The notes under the pieces: model-generated
Seen by the model: the letters and a program-made list of their open reading frames with translations, nothing else
The model's database searches: none
Told to the model about the DNA's origin: nothing
Position numbers and translations under genes: made by a program
From: TPA_inf: Saccharomyces
Lineage: Eukaryota
Assembly: GCA_000146045.2 (NCBI GenBank)
Contig: BK006948.2
Location: 672,001 to 736,000 of the forward strand
DNA length: 64,000 nucleotides
Reading direction: 5' to 3'
Shown here: piece by piece, positions 11,765 through 25,334 of the stretch
How positions within the stretch are numbered: the first letter of the stretch is position 1
Layout: each line of letters starts with the position of its first letter

Positions 11765-11772
11765 TGATTGGT
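11765..11772. promoter_or_regulatory. HAP2/3/4/5 CCAAT-box site (TGATTGGT) in the TUF1 promoter
   Basis: Exact match to the HAP-complex consensus TNATTGGT. It lies about 260 bp upstream of the ATG of a nuclear gene encoding a mitochondrial translation factor. Confidence 0.4.
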
Positions 11773-12029
11773 CAGTTTCCCACTAACCCGCGCTGGAGCT
11801 GATTTTTCATATTTTTAAGGATTTTGTTTTAGCACCCATCCGACCTCAGTCAATATATCCTTTCGCGACCAGGCTTTCCTCCCTTTTGCTGCTAACTGGT
11901 TACAGATTTTCCTATTTTTGGTCATTTTTATCTTTGAAACTGATTAAGCTGAAAAAATTTGAGCTTCTTTGTTGTAAACTATTTTGTGCTTTCAGTTTTA
12001 TTCTAGCTCGACAAAGGTAACAGACAAAA

Positions 12030-13343
12030 ATGTCAGCTTTATTACCAAGATTACTCACAAGAACAGCTTTTAAAGCTTCTGGGAAACTTCTGAGGCTCTC
12101 TTCAGTAATTTCTAGGACCTTTTCTCAAACTACTACTTCCTATGCAGCTGCTTTTGATCGTTCCAAACCGCATGTAAATATAGGTACGATCGGCCATGTT
12201 GATCATGGGAAGACAACTTTAACCGCAGCCATTACGAAAACGTTAGCCGCAAAAGGTGGTGCCAACTTCTTGGACTATGCTGCCATCGATAAGGCTCCGG
12301 AAGAAAGAGCTCGTGGTATTACAATTTCTACTGCACACGTGGAATACGAAACGGCCAAGAGACATTATTCTCACGTCGACTGTCCAGGCCACGCTGATTA
12401 CATCAAGAATATGATTACCGGTGCTGCTCAAATGGATGGTGCTATCATTGTTGTAGCTGCTACCGATGGACAAATGCCCCAAACTAGAGAACATTTACTT
12501 TTGGCCAGACAAGTTGGTGTCCAACATATTGTCGTTTTTGTTAACAAGGTTGATACCATTGATGATCCAGAAATGTTAGAGTTAGTCGAAATGGAAATGA
12601 GAGAACTTTTAAACGAATATGGGTTTGACGGTGATAATGCTCCAATTATCATGGGTTCTGCCCTTTGCGCTTTGGAAGGTCGCCAACCTGAAATTGGGGA
12701 GCAGGCCATCATGAAACTTTTGGATGCAGTGGATGAGTATATTCCTACACCTGAAAGAGATTTGAACAAGCCTTTCTTGATGCCCGTTGAAGATATCTTC
12801 TCTATCTCCGGTAGAGGTACTGTGGTCACTGGTCGTGTGGAAAGGGGTAATTTAAAGAAAGGTGAGGAATTGGAAATTGTTGGTCACAACTCCACCCCAT
12901 TGAAAACAACAGTTACTGGTATTGAAATGTTTAGAAAGGAATTGGACTCTGCTATGGCAGGTGACAATGCCGGTGTTTTACTTAGAGGTATCAGGAGAGA
13001 TCAATTGAAGAGAGGTATGGTCTTAGCTAAGCCAGGTACCGTTAAAGCCCATACAAAGATTCTAGCCTCTTTGTACATTTTATCCAAAGAGGAAGGTGGT
13101 AGACATTCTGGGTTTGGTGAAAACTACAGACCACAAATGTTTATAAGAACAGCTGATGTTACAGTTGTGATGAGATTTCCTAAGGAGGTTGAAGATCATT
13201 CTATGCAAGTTATGCCAGGTGACAATGTTGAAATGGAATGTGATTTGATCCATCCTACCCCATTAGAAGTTGGTCAACGTTTCAATATCAGAGAGGGTGG
13301 AAGAACTGTTGGTACCGGTCTAATCACACGTATTATTGAATAG
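12030..13343 (+). CDS. TUF1: TUF1, mitochondrial translation elongation factor Tu, 437 aa
   Basis: ATG at 12030. EF-Tu GTPase motifs [14 protein letters not shown] and NKVD. The C-terminus is ...[10 protein letters not shown]. Confidence 0.95.
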
Positions 13344-13766
13344 ACTTATTGATGCAACTGGAGTATATTTCTATATATTCTGTTCATTTCCCCTCTCATA
13401 ATATATACTTGTTTCGTTAAAATTTTATACGTGTAAATAAAGTGCCATAAATTTTTCAGCTTTACTTTTGGTAGAGTCCTGCTAGCACTAGATTTTACAA
13501 TTTCATGTGCACACACCAAGGACGTGTTCTTATGTATATGTAAAAGATATCAAGGCGTTTTTGAATGCGTTTTTGTTGATTTGTTTACTTTCCGGCGTAT
13601 TCCTACGAAAAAAGCAAAGAAAAATACAAAAAAACGAAACATTCGCAAATGATGACAACTTGAAACCGCCAAAAGTCATCGCTTGGGAATTTTGAGGCAA
13701 GAGGCTGCTTCTATAAAAGTTTTCTTTACATGGCAAAAGGGTATTCGTATTAGGATAGTATTGGTT

Positions 13767-16700
13767 ATGAACGATATGGCAAAACCTCTCCCAACTCCAC
13801 CGACTGCTGAGATCAGGAAAAGTCGATCCAATTCACCAAAAAAAGCTCAGAAAACAAATCTAAGTCCAAACAAAAATCAGAATAATGAGAAAAATGTACC
13901 TAGATCAAACGGAAGAACCAAAAACGAACACAATAGTATGGATGACGAAGAGTTTGAATTCTTCCATCAATTTAGTCGGGAGAAAGTTAAAGGCGTCATA
14001 CACGTAATCACCGCTGAACTTAAGGAAAAAGGTCCAGATGTTGAATTTTTAATGATACCGTTCAGGCCGGAACAGACGAACGACAAATTGCTGACATTAC
14101 TAAATCAGCTATTCCCACTAGGAAACGGTCAACCAGTCAACGAAAAAAAACAGCTCAGAATTGTTTCCAAGGCCGATGTCTGGACTTTATTTCAATGCTT
14201 AAAATACATTTGGTGCAGACTTCCAAATTCAGAAATCATAGGCTGGAAATCTTATTTGGAGTTTAAATTCAGGGAAGAAGATAAAAAATTTCCTCGAAAA
14301 TCATTTTTGGAAATTATGCCTCAATGTCTAGCTTCCCCAAATCATGCATCAATCGTTTACGATTTTTTTGACTTGATTATTTCAATTTCATCAAATTCAA
14401 GAGTTAATAAAATGAGTGCTAGAAAAATATCGAAGATGTGTGCAATCTGGGCGTTTAGTAAACAGATACCAAATTCTGATATCCAAGATTACGATTTTGA
14501 ATCAGCCGCCATGAAGTCTTTTGCCCCCAACAATTCCATACAAGATGGGCTAGATCAGTGGATTCCGGCTTCAGATGCCATGTTTCACCTACTCTTAGCA
14601 TTTCTAAGAAGTTTTGTCCCTCAAGATCTTGAATCGGCAAAGCTGCCGCGCACACTTAAGAGTTTACTATTCAATAATCAGTATCCTCCAAGAAAATCAA
14701 CAGCGTACACATCAGAGACAATCCTAACCATTCCTCTGGTAACTTTAAAAACAGACGTCTTTTCGAGAAAACCTTGGCAATTATTGGAGCGTTGCAATGA
14801 TCTTCTTGATTTCAGTGATCATGATGCATTCGAAGCAAGAGAGGACTACGCTTTATTAAAGTCTTTATTCAGAAAGAAAAATACAGTGGAGGGAATTAGC
14901 AGGAAAATGTCCCAGGAGTCAAGAAGGTTGATGAAAGCAATGTCTACCAAACATTCAACATTTCAACCAGGTTGGGCTCCCAGAGAATGTATTGAAAATA
15001 TTTCTCATTTAAAAGAATGTATTGAGGTTAAAAGACTAGATATCGATGATTATTTTATTTGGACTTGGTTATCGTCCCTTTCTTTCGAACAAACATCCGA
15101 AAAGAAAAAAATTTTTGGAAGATCTATTATATTGGAATTTGAATTTGATGGATTTAAAAAATGGGTGGTTTTCCAAGAATGTGATATAACGTTAGATTAT
15201 AATAAAAAGGGTCAATTGAAGAAAAAGACTTCTGCACAGTCACCAACGACCGAAAAGGAACTACCTCCTGATGACTTTGAATTAGAAGATCCACCTCTCT
15301 CCAAATCTCCTACACTATCTCAGACCTACAAAAAATTCCAAGCTGAGGTACCTCAGCAAAGTACTGTTCGAAGGGATTCAGCACCCGATAACCAAGGAAT
15401 CTATCACACAGTCATTAGTAAAAATGCATTGACTAAAAATAAGCATAATGTGAATTTGCATTCTTTTGAACATAAAATCTCCAAATGGAATCCTCTAAAC
15501 AACCTGCGAAAGAAAAGCGGTAGTAACTCTAGTAGTTCATCATTTGAGGAAAAAAGTAAAGACGCTCCCATCCGCGAAGAATACCATACCAACAAAAATC
15601 ACAAATCGAAAAAAGAAGAGCGAGTACTATCTCAGTTTAGCACACTTAATCCTGATGAATATCAGTTACCAGTAATAGAGACCGGTTCATCAAACTTTAA
15701 GATTGAAATACCGGAATTAATGTACGAACACGATGATGACGACAGTGACAAACTTAAAAATTCCCAGAAAAGAGCTACCGACTCAGCTATTGAAGAATTA
15801 AACGGTATGGTTGAAGAAATGATGATTAATGAGCCAGACGATGTAAAAATCTCCATAACTGAGGCAGAGACTTTCGAATCATTGACAAAGTTTGATCAAT
15901 ATAAGCCATCCAATATAACTGACGATGACTTACAAAGCAGCCATTCAAGCGCCGTTCACTCATTGAAGCTAAGTACAAATACAAATGATTCTTGCGCTGA
16001 TAGTTCCAAATACACCGCTGATAGGAAATTAGCGGAACCTAGAAAGATTTCTGAGGAATCCAAAGTCAACGACGATTCATCATCATATTATTCTCCAAAT
16101 ATCAACAACTTGCCGGCATCAAGAATGCCTAGTCAACCCACTTATTCAAATTCGGATTCGAAAAAGGCATTTACGAATGAGTCTCGCCTGAACGTCTTAC
16201 AAGGTGCAGTCAGTCCATCTCAACAGGTAACACCAAAACCATATAAAAATGCGCCTGGAGACTGTGTATCTCCTGTTCAGCAAAAATACTATCAGAACGA
16301 TCGTAGAAATGAAATGTCGCCTGCAAGTGCACCAGTTCCACCTTCTGCATATTCACCTGCGAGGTCTCCACAATTCTCCACCAATTCGGCTGGATTCAAG
16401 CAGAACACGATTAATGTACCCGTTGGGTATAATGATCCTGCTCACGTTTTAGCAAATCAACCACATATGACATATCGGGACCAGCATAATTATCCATCTC
16501 ACCAACAAAAACAACGTCCCTTCCAAAACAATATTGTGCCCCCAGAACTAAAGTCCAGAAATCAACGGGCAGATGCTTCACCTATTCCCCAACATATGGT
16601 GCCAGTAAAACAAGGTGTGCCCAATCTTCCATCTAACGTTCCATTATATCAACAAATGGAACGAATGAACCCTAACCACCAGCACCCTGTAAATACTTAC

Positions 16701-17180
16701 AAGGTAACTCAGCCGCCGTATCATAATAACACAACAAATGCTTATGGGAACAGCCGGGCAGGCAATGCTCATATGTTAGATGGAAAGTGGAGCAATAATC
16801 CGCCGCAAATGGTACCAAAGGGAGTTCGCCCCAATCAATATCCACAGCAGCACGTTAATAGGTATTCACCGCAAGCTCAACCTGTCGTACCTGCGGAATA
16901 CTACAATGGACCTCCACCTATGCGAGCACCTCCAATGATGTCCCATATGGTACCAGCTCAGGAGCCGATACGTTACACAGCTGGTGCTAACAGGCGTAGT
17001 TTTCCCCAAGGCATGCAGCAGAATGCCTATTCCGTACCCGCTCAGCCTATGGGGGCTGTAAATAGTGAATTTTACCTACCAGAAGCTCCTCAGGGAAACA
17101 AACTGCATGGAAATATTAACAAAAGACAGGAGAGAAAGAAGCTATATGATAACATTAGAAGCGGAAATTTCGGCATATAG
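13767..17180 (+). CDS. MSB1: MSB1, polarity/bud-emergence protein, 1137 aa
   Basis: Track ORF starts with TTG at 13683. The first ATG, at 13767 (MNDMAKPLPTPP...), gives 1137 aa. The C-terminal half is long, low-complexity and Q/N/P-rich. Confidence 0.85.
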   Translation: MNDMAKPLPTPPTAEIRKSRSNSPKKAQKTNLSPNKNQNNEKNVPRSNGRTKNEHNSMDDEEFEFFHQFSREKVKGVIHVITAELKEKGPDVEFLMIPFRPEQTNDKLLTLLNQLFPLGNGQPVNEKKQLRIVSKADVWTLFQCLKYIWCRLPNSEIIGWKSYLEFKFREEDKKFPRKSFLEIMPQCLASPNHASIVYDFFDLIISISSNSRVNKMSARKISKMCAIWAFSKQIPNSDIQDYDFESAAMKSFAPNNSIQDGLDQWIPASDAMFHLLLAFLRSFVPQDLESAKLPRTLKSLLFNNQYPPRKSTAYTSETILTIPLVTLKTDVFSRKPWQLLERCNDLLDFSDHDAFEAREDYALLKSLFRKKNTVEGISRKMSQESRRLMKAMSTKHSTFQPGWAPRECIENISHLKECIEVKRLDIDDYFIWTWLSSLSFEQTSEKKKIFGRSIILEFEFDGFKKWVVFQECDITLDYNKKGQLKKKTSAQSPTTEKELPPDDFELEDPPLSKSPTLSQTYKKFQAEVPQQSTVRRDSAPDNQGIYHTVISKNALTKNKHNVNLHSFEHKISKWNPLNNLRKKSGSNSSSSSFEEKSKDAPIREEYHTNKNHKSKKEERVLSQFSTLNPDEYQLPVIETGSSNFKIEIPELMYEHDDDDSDKLKNSQKRATDSAIEELNGMVEEMMINEPDDVKISITEAETFESLTKFDQYKPSNITDDDLQSSHSSAVHSLKLSTNTNDSCADSSKYTADRKLAEPRKISEESKVNDDSSSYYSPNINNLPASRMPSQPTYSNSDSKKAFTNESRLNVLQGAVSPSQQVTPKPYKNAPGDCVSPVQQKYYQNDRRNEMSPASAPVPPSAYSPARSPQFSTNSAGFKQNTINVPVGYNDPAHVLANQPHMTYRDQHNYPSHQQKQRPFQNNIVPPELKSRNQRADASPIPQHMVPVKQGVPNLPSNVPLYQQMERMNPNHQHPVNTYKVTQPPYHNNTTNAYGNSRAGNAHMLDGKWSNNPPQMVPKGVRPNQYPQQHVNRYSPQAQPVVPAEYYNGPPPMRAPPMMSHMVPAQEPIRYTAGANRRSFPQGMQQNAYSVPAQPMGAVNSEFYLPEAPQGNKLHGNINKRQERKKLYDNIRSGNFGI

Positions 17181-17623
17181 AAACACTTTGTATCTGAAAT
17201 TATCATCTTTATGAAATCTCAACAGTTGTAAAATTTCCCGAATATTTATACATATATATGTGTATGTAATTACAAGTATTTAGGACAATAAGGAGAGATT
17301 TAAGTCTACTACATAATTTTTAACTCCTACAAATGGCAGGTTACGTTGAGTAAGAATATAACATTTTATTTTCCATATTCAACATCATATGCATTTTATC
17401 ATCTCATCCTCTTAGTCACTAATTTTTCTAACGCTCATAACAAAAGGTGCGTTACGCCGTCTAGAGCTTTTCTTGAACGTTAAAACTTTACCAAGCAGTT
17501 GACGGGTAATCATTCTCATAATCCAAGTAATTTTAAAGATATCAACAAAATGTACTATAATGCCAACACATTCTTTACTTATATTGGCCGGAAGATAAAT
17601 CCAATTTCTCGAGTAATTGTGGT

Positions 17624-17974
17624 ATGTCCCAAGAAAGTAGTGTTTTATCAGAATCGCAAGAACAACTAGCCAATAACCCTAAAATAGAGGATACAAGCCC
17701 TCCCTCTGCCAATTCGAGAGATAATAGCAAACCTGTACTTCCGTGGGATTACAAGAATAAAGCCATAGAGATCAAGAGCTTCAGTGGTTATAAGGTAAAT
17801 TTCACCGGCTGGATAAGAAGAGACGTAAGAGAAGAACGTCAAAGGGGAAGCGAGTTTACTGCATCTGACGTTAAAGGATCAGATGACAAAGCTACAAGGA
17901 AAAAAGAACCAGCAGATGAGGATCCTGAAGTAAAACAACTTGAAAAAGAAGGAGAGGATGGACTGGACTCATAA
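17624..17974 (+). CDS. IES4: IES4, INO80 complex subunit, 116 aa
   Basis: ATG at 17624. The protein reads MSQESSVLSESQEQLANNPKIEDTSPP...EGEDGLDS. Confidence 0.8.
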   Translation: MSQESSVLSESQEQLANNPKIEDTSPPSANSRDNSKPVLPWDYKNKAIEIKSFSGYKVNFTGWIRRDVREERQRGSEFTASDVKGSDDKATRKKEPADEDPEVKQLEKEGEDGLDS

Positions 17975-18694
17975 GGTAATGTCAACAGCTTAAAGTTGTT
18001 CTCAGGGCCCCACACTTTCTAGTTTGGCACGTCATTTATGAAATTCACAAATTGGTTACATTAAGTACTAAATCTGGTAGCCGACCAAAAAAGAACAACA
18101 AATATACAATTGTATGAGTAAATATGCAATATAAATCAAATGTATTTAGTTAAAGGGCCAGAAGTAAGGCTACAGACTGTAAAAGAAAATTAGATGGAAA
18201 CCCTCTTCAGGAAAAAAGGACATTATAAAAGATACAGCCAAGAAGTGGGCGTTTATAAAACAATTATATAACATGACCGTCGATTATATTCTGACAGGAA
18301 TGGCGACGATTGCATCGTTATATTTCATTTCATTCCCAACTCAACGATACTGGTATCAAAAAGCCTCTCTGTTCATTATTTGTCCCACTACAAGCGACTC
18401 TCTTATTTTTGGCGGTCTCTGCCAGCTTAAGAAAAAGCGGTTACCAAACGACACTAAAAGAAGCGGCGCGTCTGGTTCATTAGAAATTTGTCAGTAATGC
18501 TGTCAATCTTTGTGTAAAAAGTCTTTCCATCAGTTGCCACCCCTTTTGTAGCAACTTCCATGCGTAGAACAACCTCACATTCATTATTTTTTTTACCCTT
18601 CTCTTTTAATTGTTCAATTGCGAACAGACCATCCAAAGATTCGAAAGAAAGACTGAGGTGCTCCGCATAAAATCTTTATAAACTTTAGAAGTAA

Positions 18695-20032
18695 ATGGTT
18701 TCGTTCAGAGGGCTGACTACACTAACACTACTTTTTACCAAATTAGTAAACTGTAATCCTGTTTCCACAAAAAATAGGGACTCTATACAGTTTATTTATA
18801 AAGAAAAGGATAGTATATACTCTGCCATCAACAATCAAGCCATCAATGAAAAAATTCATGGAGTCAATTTGGGTGGGTGGCTAGTATTGGAGCCGTATAT
18901 TACACCTTCTTTATTCGAGACTTTCCGTACTAATCCGTACAACGATGACGGTATTCCTGTTGATGAATACCATTTTTGTGAAAAATTAGGCTATGAAAAG
19001 GCAAAGGAACGCCTTTATAGTCATTGGTCGACGTTCTATAAAGAGGAAGACTTCGCGAAAATTGCTTCTCAAGGCTTCAATTTGGTTAGAATTCCTATTG
19101 GGTATTGGGCCTTTACAACGTTGAGTCATGATCCCTATGTTACCGCCGAGCAGGAATATTTTCTAGACCGGGCTATCGATTGGGCTAGGAAATATGGTTT
19201 GAAAGTATGGATTGATCTTCATGGAGCCGCTGGTTCACAAAACGGATTTGATAACTCAGGGTTGAGGGATTCATATAAGTTTCTGGAAGATGAAAATTTA
19301 AGCGCCACCATGAAAGCTTTAACGTATATTTTAAGCAAATACTCAACAGACGTATACCTGGACACCGTTATTGGAATCGAATTGCTCAATGAACCGTTAG
19401 GTCCAGTTATTGACATGGAAAGATTGAAAAATTTGCTTTTGAAGCCGGCTTATGACTATTTGAGAAATAAAATTAATAGCAACCAGATCATTGTAATACA
19501 TGATGCTTTTCAACCTTACCATTATTGGGATGGGTTTTTGAATGATGAAAAGAACGAATATGGCGTCATAATTGACCATCATCATTATCAGGTGTTCTCG
19601 CAGGTGGAATTAACAAGAAAAATGAATGAACGTATCAAAATCGCCTGCCAATGGGGGAAAGATGCCGTAAGCGAGAAGCATTGGTCCGTAGCAGGCGAAT
19701 TTTCAGCGGCCTTAACAGATTGTACAAAGTGGTTAAATGGGGTTGGTCTAGGTGCCAGATATGATGGAAGTTGGACCAAAGACAATGAAAAATCTCATTA
19801 CATAAATACGTGTGCAAACAACGAGAATATTGCCTTGTGGCCCGAAGAGAGAAAACAGAACACTAGAAAGTTTATCGAGGCTCAATTAGATGCTTTTGAA
19901 ATGACTGGTGGATGGATAATGTGGTGTTACAAGACAGAGAATAGTATCGAATGGGATGTTGAAAAATTGATTCAACTCAACATTTTTCCGCAACCTATCA
20001 ACGATAGGAAATATCCTAACCAATGTCATTGA
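18695..20032 (+). CDS. SPR1: SPR1, sporulation-specific exo-1,3-beta-glucanase, glycoside hydrolase family 5, 445 aa
   Basis: ATG at 18695. GH5 signature NEP (ELLNEP) and catalytic Glu context. Exg1-like sequence. Confidence 0.9.
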   Translation: MVSFRGLTTLTLLFTKLVNCNPVSTKNRDSIQFIYKEKDSIYSAINNQAINEKIHGVNLGGWLVLEPYITPSLFETFRTNPYNDDGIPVDEYHFCEKLGYEKAKERLYSHWSTFYKEEDFAKIASQGFNLVRIPIGYWAFTTLSHDPYVTAEQEYFLDRAIDWARKYGLKVWIDLHGAAGSQNGFDNSGLRDSYKFLEDENLSATMKALTYILSKYSTDVYLDTVIGIELLNEPLGPVIDMERLKNLLLKPAYDYLRNKINSNQIIVIHDAFQPYHYWDGFLNDEKNEYGVIIDHHHYQVFSQVELTRKMNERIKIACQWGKDAVSEKHWSVAGEFSAALTDCTKWLNGVGLGARYDGSWTKDNEKSHYINTCANNENIALWPEERKQNTRKFIEAQLDAFEMTGGWIMWCYKTENSIEWDVEKLIQLNIFPQPINDRKYPNQCH

Positions 20033-20474
20033 AATTTTGTGGCATATATTTAAGGTCTTGGGAATGTGATGATTATTATTGGAGAAAAAATTGCCATCTA
20101 AAACTCTTTATATAACATGATGAGGTATACAAATAAAAAATACTTTATATCTTATAATTATGCAAATAAAAGTGCTTCCATCAACCGCTACTTCACTTTT
20201 TATCTGAACTATGAATGGGGAGCTCATGATGATTACCTGTTGATATTACGTGAGGCGGAAGAGAAGCACGAGACACGGGTCACTCTCGATATTACCGGAC
20301 AGTTTACTTAGACTATGTAACGAATATGAGAGGAAGAAAAACAATAAATAAATACAAACCTCTCCGCAGTTTTATGAAAGAACAGGACAGGGCGTCTATA
20401 CCGATTTTTACATCTATCTTTTGAGTGCTTGAAAGGAGACGCTGGACTATATCTTTAGGTTAAACATCTGTCAA

Positions 20475-23400
20475 ATGGCAGCAGTACCCACCATCGACCT
20501 TACACTAGCCGATTCAGATAATGAAGACATATTCCATTCTTTTTCGTCTTCAACAAGTGTGGATAAGATAGACATTAGGAAAGAAAATGGGAAATTAAGA
20601 ATGGCAGGCTTGGAAGTCGCCCAATCTAATGACGATGCAGCACGTCAAGCATTCCATGTTTTCAAGACGAACATATCAAATAATGAAACCTTCGATACTA
20701 TTCTTTCAAAGAGCAAGACAATCACAGACAGTACCTTCAACAATGAAAAATCTTCCAACGAAGTAAAACAGCAGCAAGTCTTGAAGGAAGAAACGATGGG
20801 ATCTTCCAACGATGAGAAGAAAACACAAGAGAGCAGCCCAAGCGCAGAGATGATAAAACTTTTTTATGAAAACGATGATGTGCCGTTATCCGATAGTTTT
20901 AAACAAAAAGAGGAAGGTAAAAGAATAAATCAGGATGAGCAAGTGAAGGAAAATATCTGTGGCATTTCTTCCTCATACGTCTCCAAAGACTACGATGGCG
21001 TTGAAGATGATTTCGAGCCTAATACTTGCCAGGACAGCAATTTGGATTTTCAAGAGGAGAAGTTAAACTTGAATAACAAACCGTCACAGCAACAGTTCAG
21101 CGACCCAGAAACAAAAGATAACAGTTTGAAGAGCGAAAACAAAGACCAAATAAAAGGAGTCACAACAACAAGTTATCGTGATTTACCTATTGAATCTAGT
21201 GCTTTCCAGGATTCTGAAACTCAAAATAACTCCAAAAACACTATACCTAACATCGTAAATGAAAAGCGAACGCCAGCATTACCGTCCAATCTAAGCTCTG
21301 TTGAGAGTTCCCTTAAAAACGAGACGGCCAAAGTAGAGGGGAAGACGACCGTTCGTCTTCCAGGACTTCAAAATAATGTTGCCTTACTTGAGCAAGAACA
21401 AAGTGAACTATTCAAGCACTTTAGTGAACAACCTGTCGATATTAGCGATTTTGGTCGTAAGATTAAAAGGAAGCATAGCGGAGATTTTGCAGATAACAAG
21501 ATACTTAAAAGACCGATATTGCCCTCAAAAAATATGGACCACACAACACATAATTCACATGATTCCGAACAGAAAAATAGCTCGATTATTATTCTTTCAG
21601 ATGAGGACGAATCTGGTGCCGGTATCAATGATATAGAAAGTCCTTTGAAAGTTTCTGAACCAAATACAGCTGATGCGCTTAGGAGCAGTGTACCAGAAGT
21701 CATATCTTTACTTGACCTACCCAATATTGACTTGAATAACTCAGTAATAAAAGAAGCAAGTGGCAGCAATTCAATTCCTACATCAGAAACAGACGCACAA
21801 TCCTCGAGTTCGTCAGTTCTTCAAGGAACTATCATGACAGAACAAGCTACTCAATCCTCTCAACACGAATGTAACAGTTCACTTGATACTCTAAAAAAAA
21901 ATCATCAAAAATTATTGAAGGATTTGAATTCTAGAGAGTCTGAACTACGTAATGCTCTCAGTTGCTGCAAGACAAACTCTGAAATTTTAAGAAGGAAACT
22001 AAGTAGAAGAGAAAAGGAGGTCTCTGATGCTGAAAAACATTGGCAGTTATTGTTGACATCGATGGCTAGAGGGGGAAGAACTATCAGCTCAACTCAGCAG
22101 ATATTAGTTGATGAAGCTGAGAACCAATTAAACAAACTGAAGGAAAAAAGACAGTTGACAAAATCGAAGCTAGATTCAATCAATTTGAAAATGTATAATT
22201 ATAACGAACAATGGAAGTCCTTTGTGCATTCGAAAAATATAAACCTGCAGAAATCTTTGGCTGCCCTTGAGCGGTCAGCCAGGGATAGTAAAGCTTCTGC
22301 GACCGTAAATAAAAGAAACGAATGCCTGGCTGAGAAAGAAAAGCTAGACCAAATGTTAAAAGAAGGAACCCTAAGCTTCAGTACCTACAAGCAGTTAACA
22401 GGGGAGATCCAGCAGAAACTGAATGACTTGAAACTGGGGGACCAACGCACAACTGATATCAATAGTGTATTGCCAATAGTACGGCAACCTCTCGCCAAAA
22501 GAGATTTATTTATTAAGTCCATTGATACTGCAAAAGATTTATTAGCCAAGAACACATCCAGGACAGAAATGACGAAGAGAATTCTTTATAGACATTTGGA
22601 CAACTTGGTCTCTTATAAAAACTTTTTTGAAGACGGAAGATCCTTAATAGATATAAACAGAAGACACGTTGCACATGAATCGGCCCAAATATTGTTCACC
22701 AACGGTGTAAAGATGCCCATTGTTTTTGAAACATTACAAGATTACGGCATCAAGTTTTCTAATCCAGCCATTGTCAATCCTGACAGAAGAGCCCAATATT
22801 TTAAAAGCATCGAAGTTGCACGCGATCTCATATCAAAGTCTACTAGATCAGAGGATGCTAAACGAAAGATTACTCGATTTTTGAATATAATTGAAGAATT
22901 TCGTAAAGATATTGACACCGGATTTCCACCTACTCCTTTAAAAAGGGAAGGCGTCGGAAAAGCTGTTGTTGGGCTAAGACAACAAGGACTTAAGATGGAC
23001 AGACTATATGAAAATTTGAGAAGATATAAGATTCCAATAACAAGTGAAGAATTACTGCAGCAAAGCTATTTATTTCCGGTAAACGCAGATCAACGACCTC
23101 CTTCAAACTGGAACATCGTGGAAAATACCGAAGATACTAGTTCTACAGCCAATGATCTATCGATGCAAGATGAATTTCACATCTCTAATATGCATGCAGC
23201 AGAAGATCAAGAACAGATTAGGGCTCTTTTAGAGAATGTCAAACAATCTGAATCCATTATAGACGGCGAAGCACTTACTCCCGAGGATATGACCGTAAAC
23301 TTATTAAAACACCAGAGGCTGGGTCTGCATTGGTTGTTACAAGTTGAAAACTCCGCAAAAAAAGGGGGTCTGCTTGCTGACGATATGGGCCTGGGTAAAA

Positions 23401-25334
23401 CGATTCAAGCTATTGCATTGATGTTAGCAAATCGCTCAGAGGAATCCAAATGTAAAACCAATTTGATCGTCGCACCAGTCTCAGTCTTGAGAGTTTGGAA
23501 AGGTGAATTAGAAACGAAAGTAAAAAAACGCGCAAAATTTACTACATTTATTTTTGGAGGATCAGGTAACGGAAAAGTTAAGCACTGGAGGGATTTGGCA
23601 AGATATGATGCTGTTTTGGTATCTTATCAAACTCTAGCAAACGAATTTAAGAAACATTGGCCGAAAAAACTGGATGGTGAACAAAATCAGCTACCAGCTG
23701 TGCCTCATATACAAGCTCTTAATAGGTTGAAAACCTCAAATGAATACTACTCTCCATTTTTCTGCAATGATTCAACGTTTTACAGAATTTTACTGGACGA
23801 AGGCCAAAACATCAAGAACAAAAATACAAGGGCTTCTAAAGCGTGCTGTACTATAAATGGAATGTATAGGTGGGTCTTGTCTGGTACGCCGATTCAAAAT
23901 AGTATGGATGAGCTTTATTCCTTGATAAGATTTCTAAGAATTCCACCCTACCACAAGGAGCAACGGTTTAAATTAGACATTGGAAGGTTTTTTCAGAGAA
24001 ATAAGCAATATCAATATGATAACGAGGATAGAAAAAACGCATTAAGAAAGGTTAGAGTCCTTCTAAATGCCATTATGCTTCGTCGGTCTAAGGCTGATAA
24101 GATCGACGGCAAACCTTTACTGGAGCTCCCTCCTAAAATTGTGGAAGTAGATGAATCACGCCTGAAGGGAGAGGAATTAAAATTTTACACAGCTTTGGAA
24201 TCAAAAAATCAAGCACTCGCTAAGAAATTGTTGAACAATTCTACGAGGGGGAGCTACTCTAGCGTTCTCACATTACTACTTCGCTTAAGGCAGGCTTGTT
24301 GTCATTCAGAATTAGTTGTGATGGGAGAAAAAAAAGCGGAAGGTACAAAGGTAGCTAACGGCAAAAGCTTTGAAGATGACTGGCTCAGGCTCTACTATAA
24401 AATCACTCACATGAGCGGAGAAGCGCAGGCTCAGGTTATTACTTCAATGAATTCTATGACATGTTTCTGGTGCATGGAACAATTAGAACCAGAAGCGATG
24501 TCCGTTCTGACAGGTTGTGGTCATTTGATTTGCGACACTTGTATCGAGCCCTTCATCGAAGAGTCATCCATGCTACCTCAGGCCAAGAAAACCAAAGGTG
24601 GGGCATTTGCTATCCCATGCAAAGATTGTCAACGTTTGACAAACGAGAAAGATATTGTTTCGCACAAGTTATACGACCAGGTAATAAACCAGGGATTTAC
24701 TGAGGAAGATTTGCATGCAGAGTATTTAAGTGAAATGGAGAAACAAAAAATACAGCAAAAAAATGTATATGTGCCAAATTTTGAGAGTTTAGAACCATCT
24801 ACGAAGATAGAGCAATGTATACAGGTTATTCAAAGAGTTTTTGATGAATCAGCAACCGAAAAAATTATTATTTTTTCCCAGTTTACAACATTTTTTGAGA
24901 TTCTCGAACATTTTCTCAAAAATAAACTGAATTTTCCCTACTTGAAATATATTGGATCAATGAACGCTCAGAGAAGATCAGATGTTATCAACGAATTTTA
25001 TCGTGACCCTGAGAAAAGGATACTTCTGATTTCCATGAAAGCCGGTAACTCAGGACTAACATTGACATGTGCGAACCATGTAGTTATAGTTGATCCATTT
25101 TGGAATCCTTACGTCGAAGAACAAGCTCAAGACCGTTGCTATAGAATTAGTCAAACAAAAAAAGTCCAGGTGCATAAATTGTTTATAAAGGACTCTGTTG
25201 AGGATCGTATTTCTGAATTACAGAAGAGAAAGAAGGAAATGGTCGATTCTGCCATGGACCCAGGCAAGATAAAGGAAGTGAATAGTTTAGGGCGTCGGGA
25301 GTTAGGATTTTTATTTGGTTTAAACGCTCTTTGA
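20475..25334 (+). CDS. ULS1: ULS1/RIS1, Swi2/Snf2-family ATPase with RING finger (SUMO-targeted ubiquitin ligase-like), 1619 aa
   Basis: ATG at 20475. Helicase motifs [16 protein letters not shown] and a C-terminal helicase domain. A C3HC4 RING lies between the helicase lobes ([29 protein letters not shown]...CKDC). Confidence 0.9.
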   Translation: MAAVPTIDLTLADSDNEDIFHSFSSSTSVDKIDIRKENGKLRMAGLEVAQSNDDAARQAFHVFKTNISNNETFDTILSKSKTITDSTFNNEKSSNEVKQQQVLKEETMGSSNDEKKTQESSPSAEMIKLFYENDDVPLSDSFKQKEEGKRINQDEQVKENICGISSSYVSKDYDGVEDDFEPNTCQDSNLDFQEEKLNLNNKPSQQQFSDPETKDNSLKSENKDQIKGVTTTSYRDLPIESSAFQDSETQNNSKNTIPNIVNEKRTPALPSNLSSVESSLKNETAKVEGKTTVRLPGLQNNVALLEQEQSELFKHFSEQPVDISDFGRKIKRKHSGDFADNKILKRPILPSKNMDHTTHNSHDSEQKNSSIIILSDEDESGAGINDIESPLKVSEPNTADALRSSVPEVISLLDLPNIDLNNSVIKEASGSNSIPTSETDAQSSSSSVLQGTIMTEQATQSSQHECNSSLDTLKKNHQKLLKDLNSRESELRNALSCCKTNSEILRRKLSRREKEVSDAEKHWQLLLTSMARGGRTISSTQQILVDEAENQLNKLKEKRQLTKSKLDSINLKMYNYNEQWKSFVHSKNINLQKSLAALERSARDSKASATVNKRNECLAEKEKLDQMLKEGTLSFSTYKQLTGEIQQKLNDLKLGDQRTTDINSVLPIVRQPLAKRDLFIKSIDTAKDLLAKNTSRTEMTKRILYRHLDNLVSYKNFFEDGRSLIDINRRHVAHESAQILFTNGVKMPIVFETLQDYGIKFSNPAIVNPDRRAQYFKSIEVARDLISKSTRSEDAKRKITRFLNIIEEFRKDIDTGFPPTPLKREGVGKAVVGLRQQGLKMDRLYENLRRYKIPITSEELLQQSYLFPVNADQRPPSNWNIVENTEDTSSTANDLSMQDEFHISNMHAAEDQEQIRALLENVKQSESIIDGEALTPEDMTVNLLKHQRLGLHWLLQVENSAKKGGLLADDMGLGKTIQAIALMLANRSEESKCKTNLIVAPVSVLRVWKGELETKVKKRAKFTTFIFGGSGNGKVKHWRDLARYDAVLVSYQTLANEFKKHWPKKLDGEQNQLPAVPHIQALNRLKTSNEYYSPFFCNDSTFYRILLDEGQNIKNKNTRASKACCTINGMYRWVLSGTPIQNSMDELYSLIRFLRIPPYHKEQRFKLDIGRFFQRNKQYQYDNEDRKNALRKVRVLLNAIMLRRSKADKIDGKPLLELPPKIVEVDESRLKGEELKFYTALESKNQALAKKLLNNSTRGSYSSVLTLLLRLRQACCHSELVVMGEKKAEGTKVANGKSFEDDWLRLYYKITHMSGEAQAQVITSMNSMTCFWCMEQLEPEAMSVLTGCGHLICDTCIEPFIEESSMLPQAKKTKGGAFAIPCKDCQRLTNEKDIVSHKLYDQVINQGFTEEDLHAEYLSEMEKQKIQQKNVYVPNFESLEPSTKIEQCIQVIQRVFDESATEKIIIFSQFTTFFEILEHFLKNKLNFPYLKYIGSMNAQRRSDVINEFYRDPEKRILLISMKAGNSGLTLTCANHVVIVDPFWNPYVEEQAQDRCYRISQTKKVQVHKLFIKDSVEDRISELQKRKKEMVDSAMDPGKIKEVNSLGRRELGFLFGLNAL

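Noticed and set aside
12243-12829. Antisense ORFs within TUF1 (83 and 133 aa)
   Set aside because: They lie opposite a highly conserved EF-Tu coding region and have no independent support.
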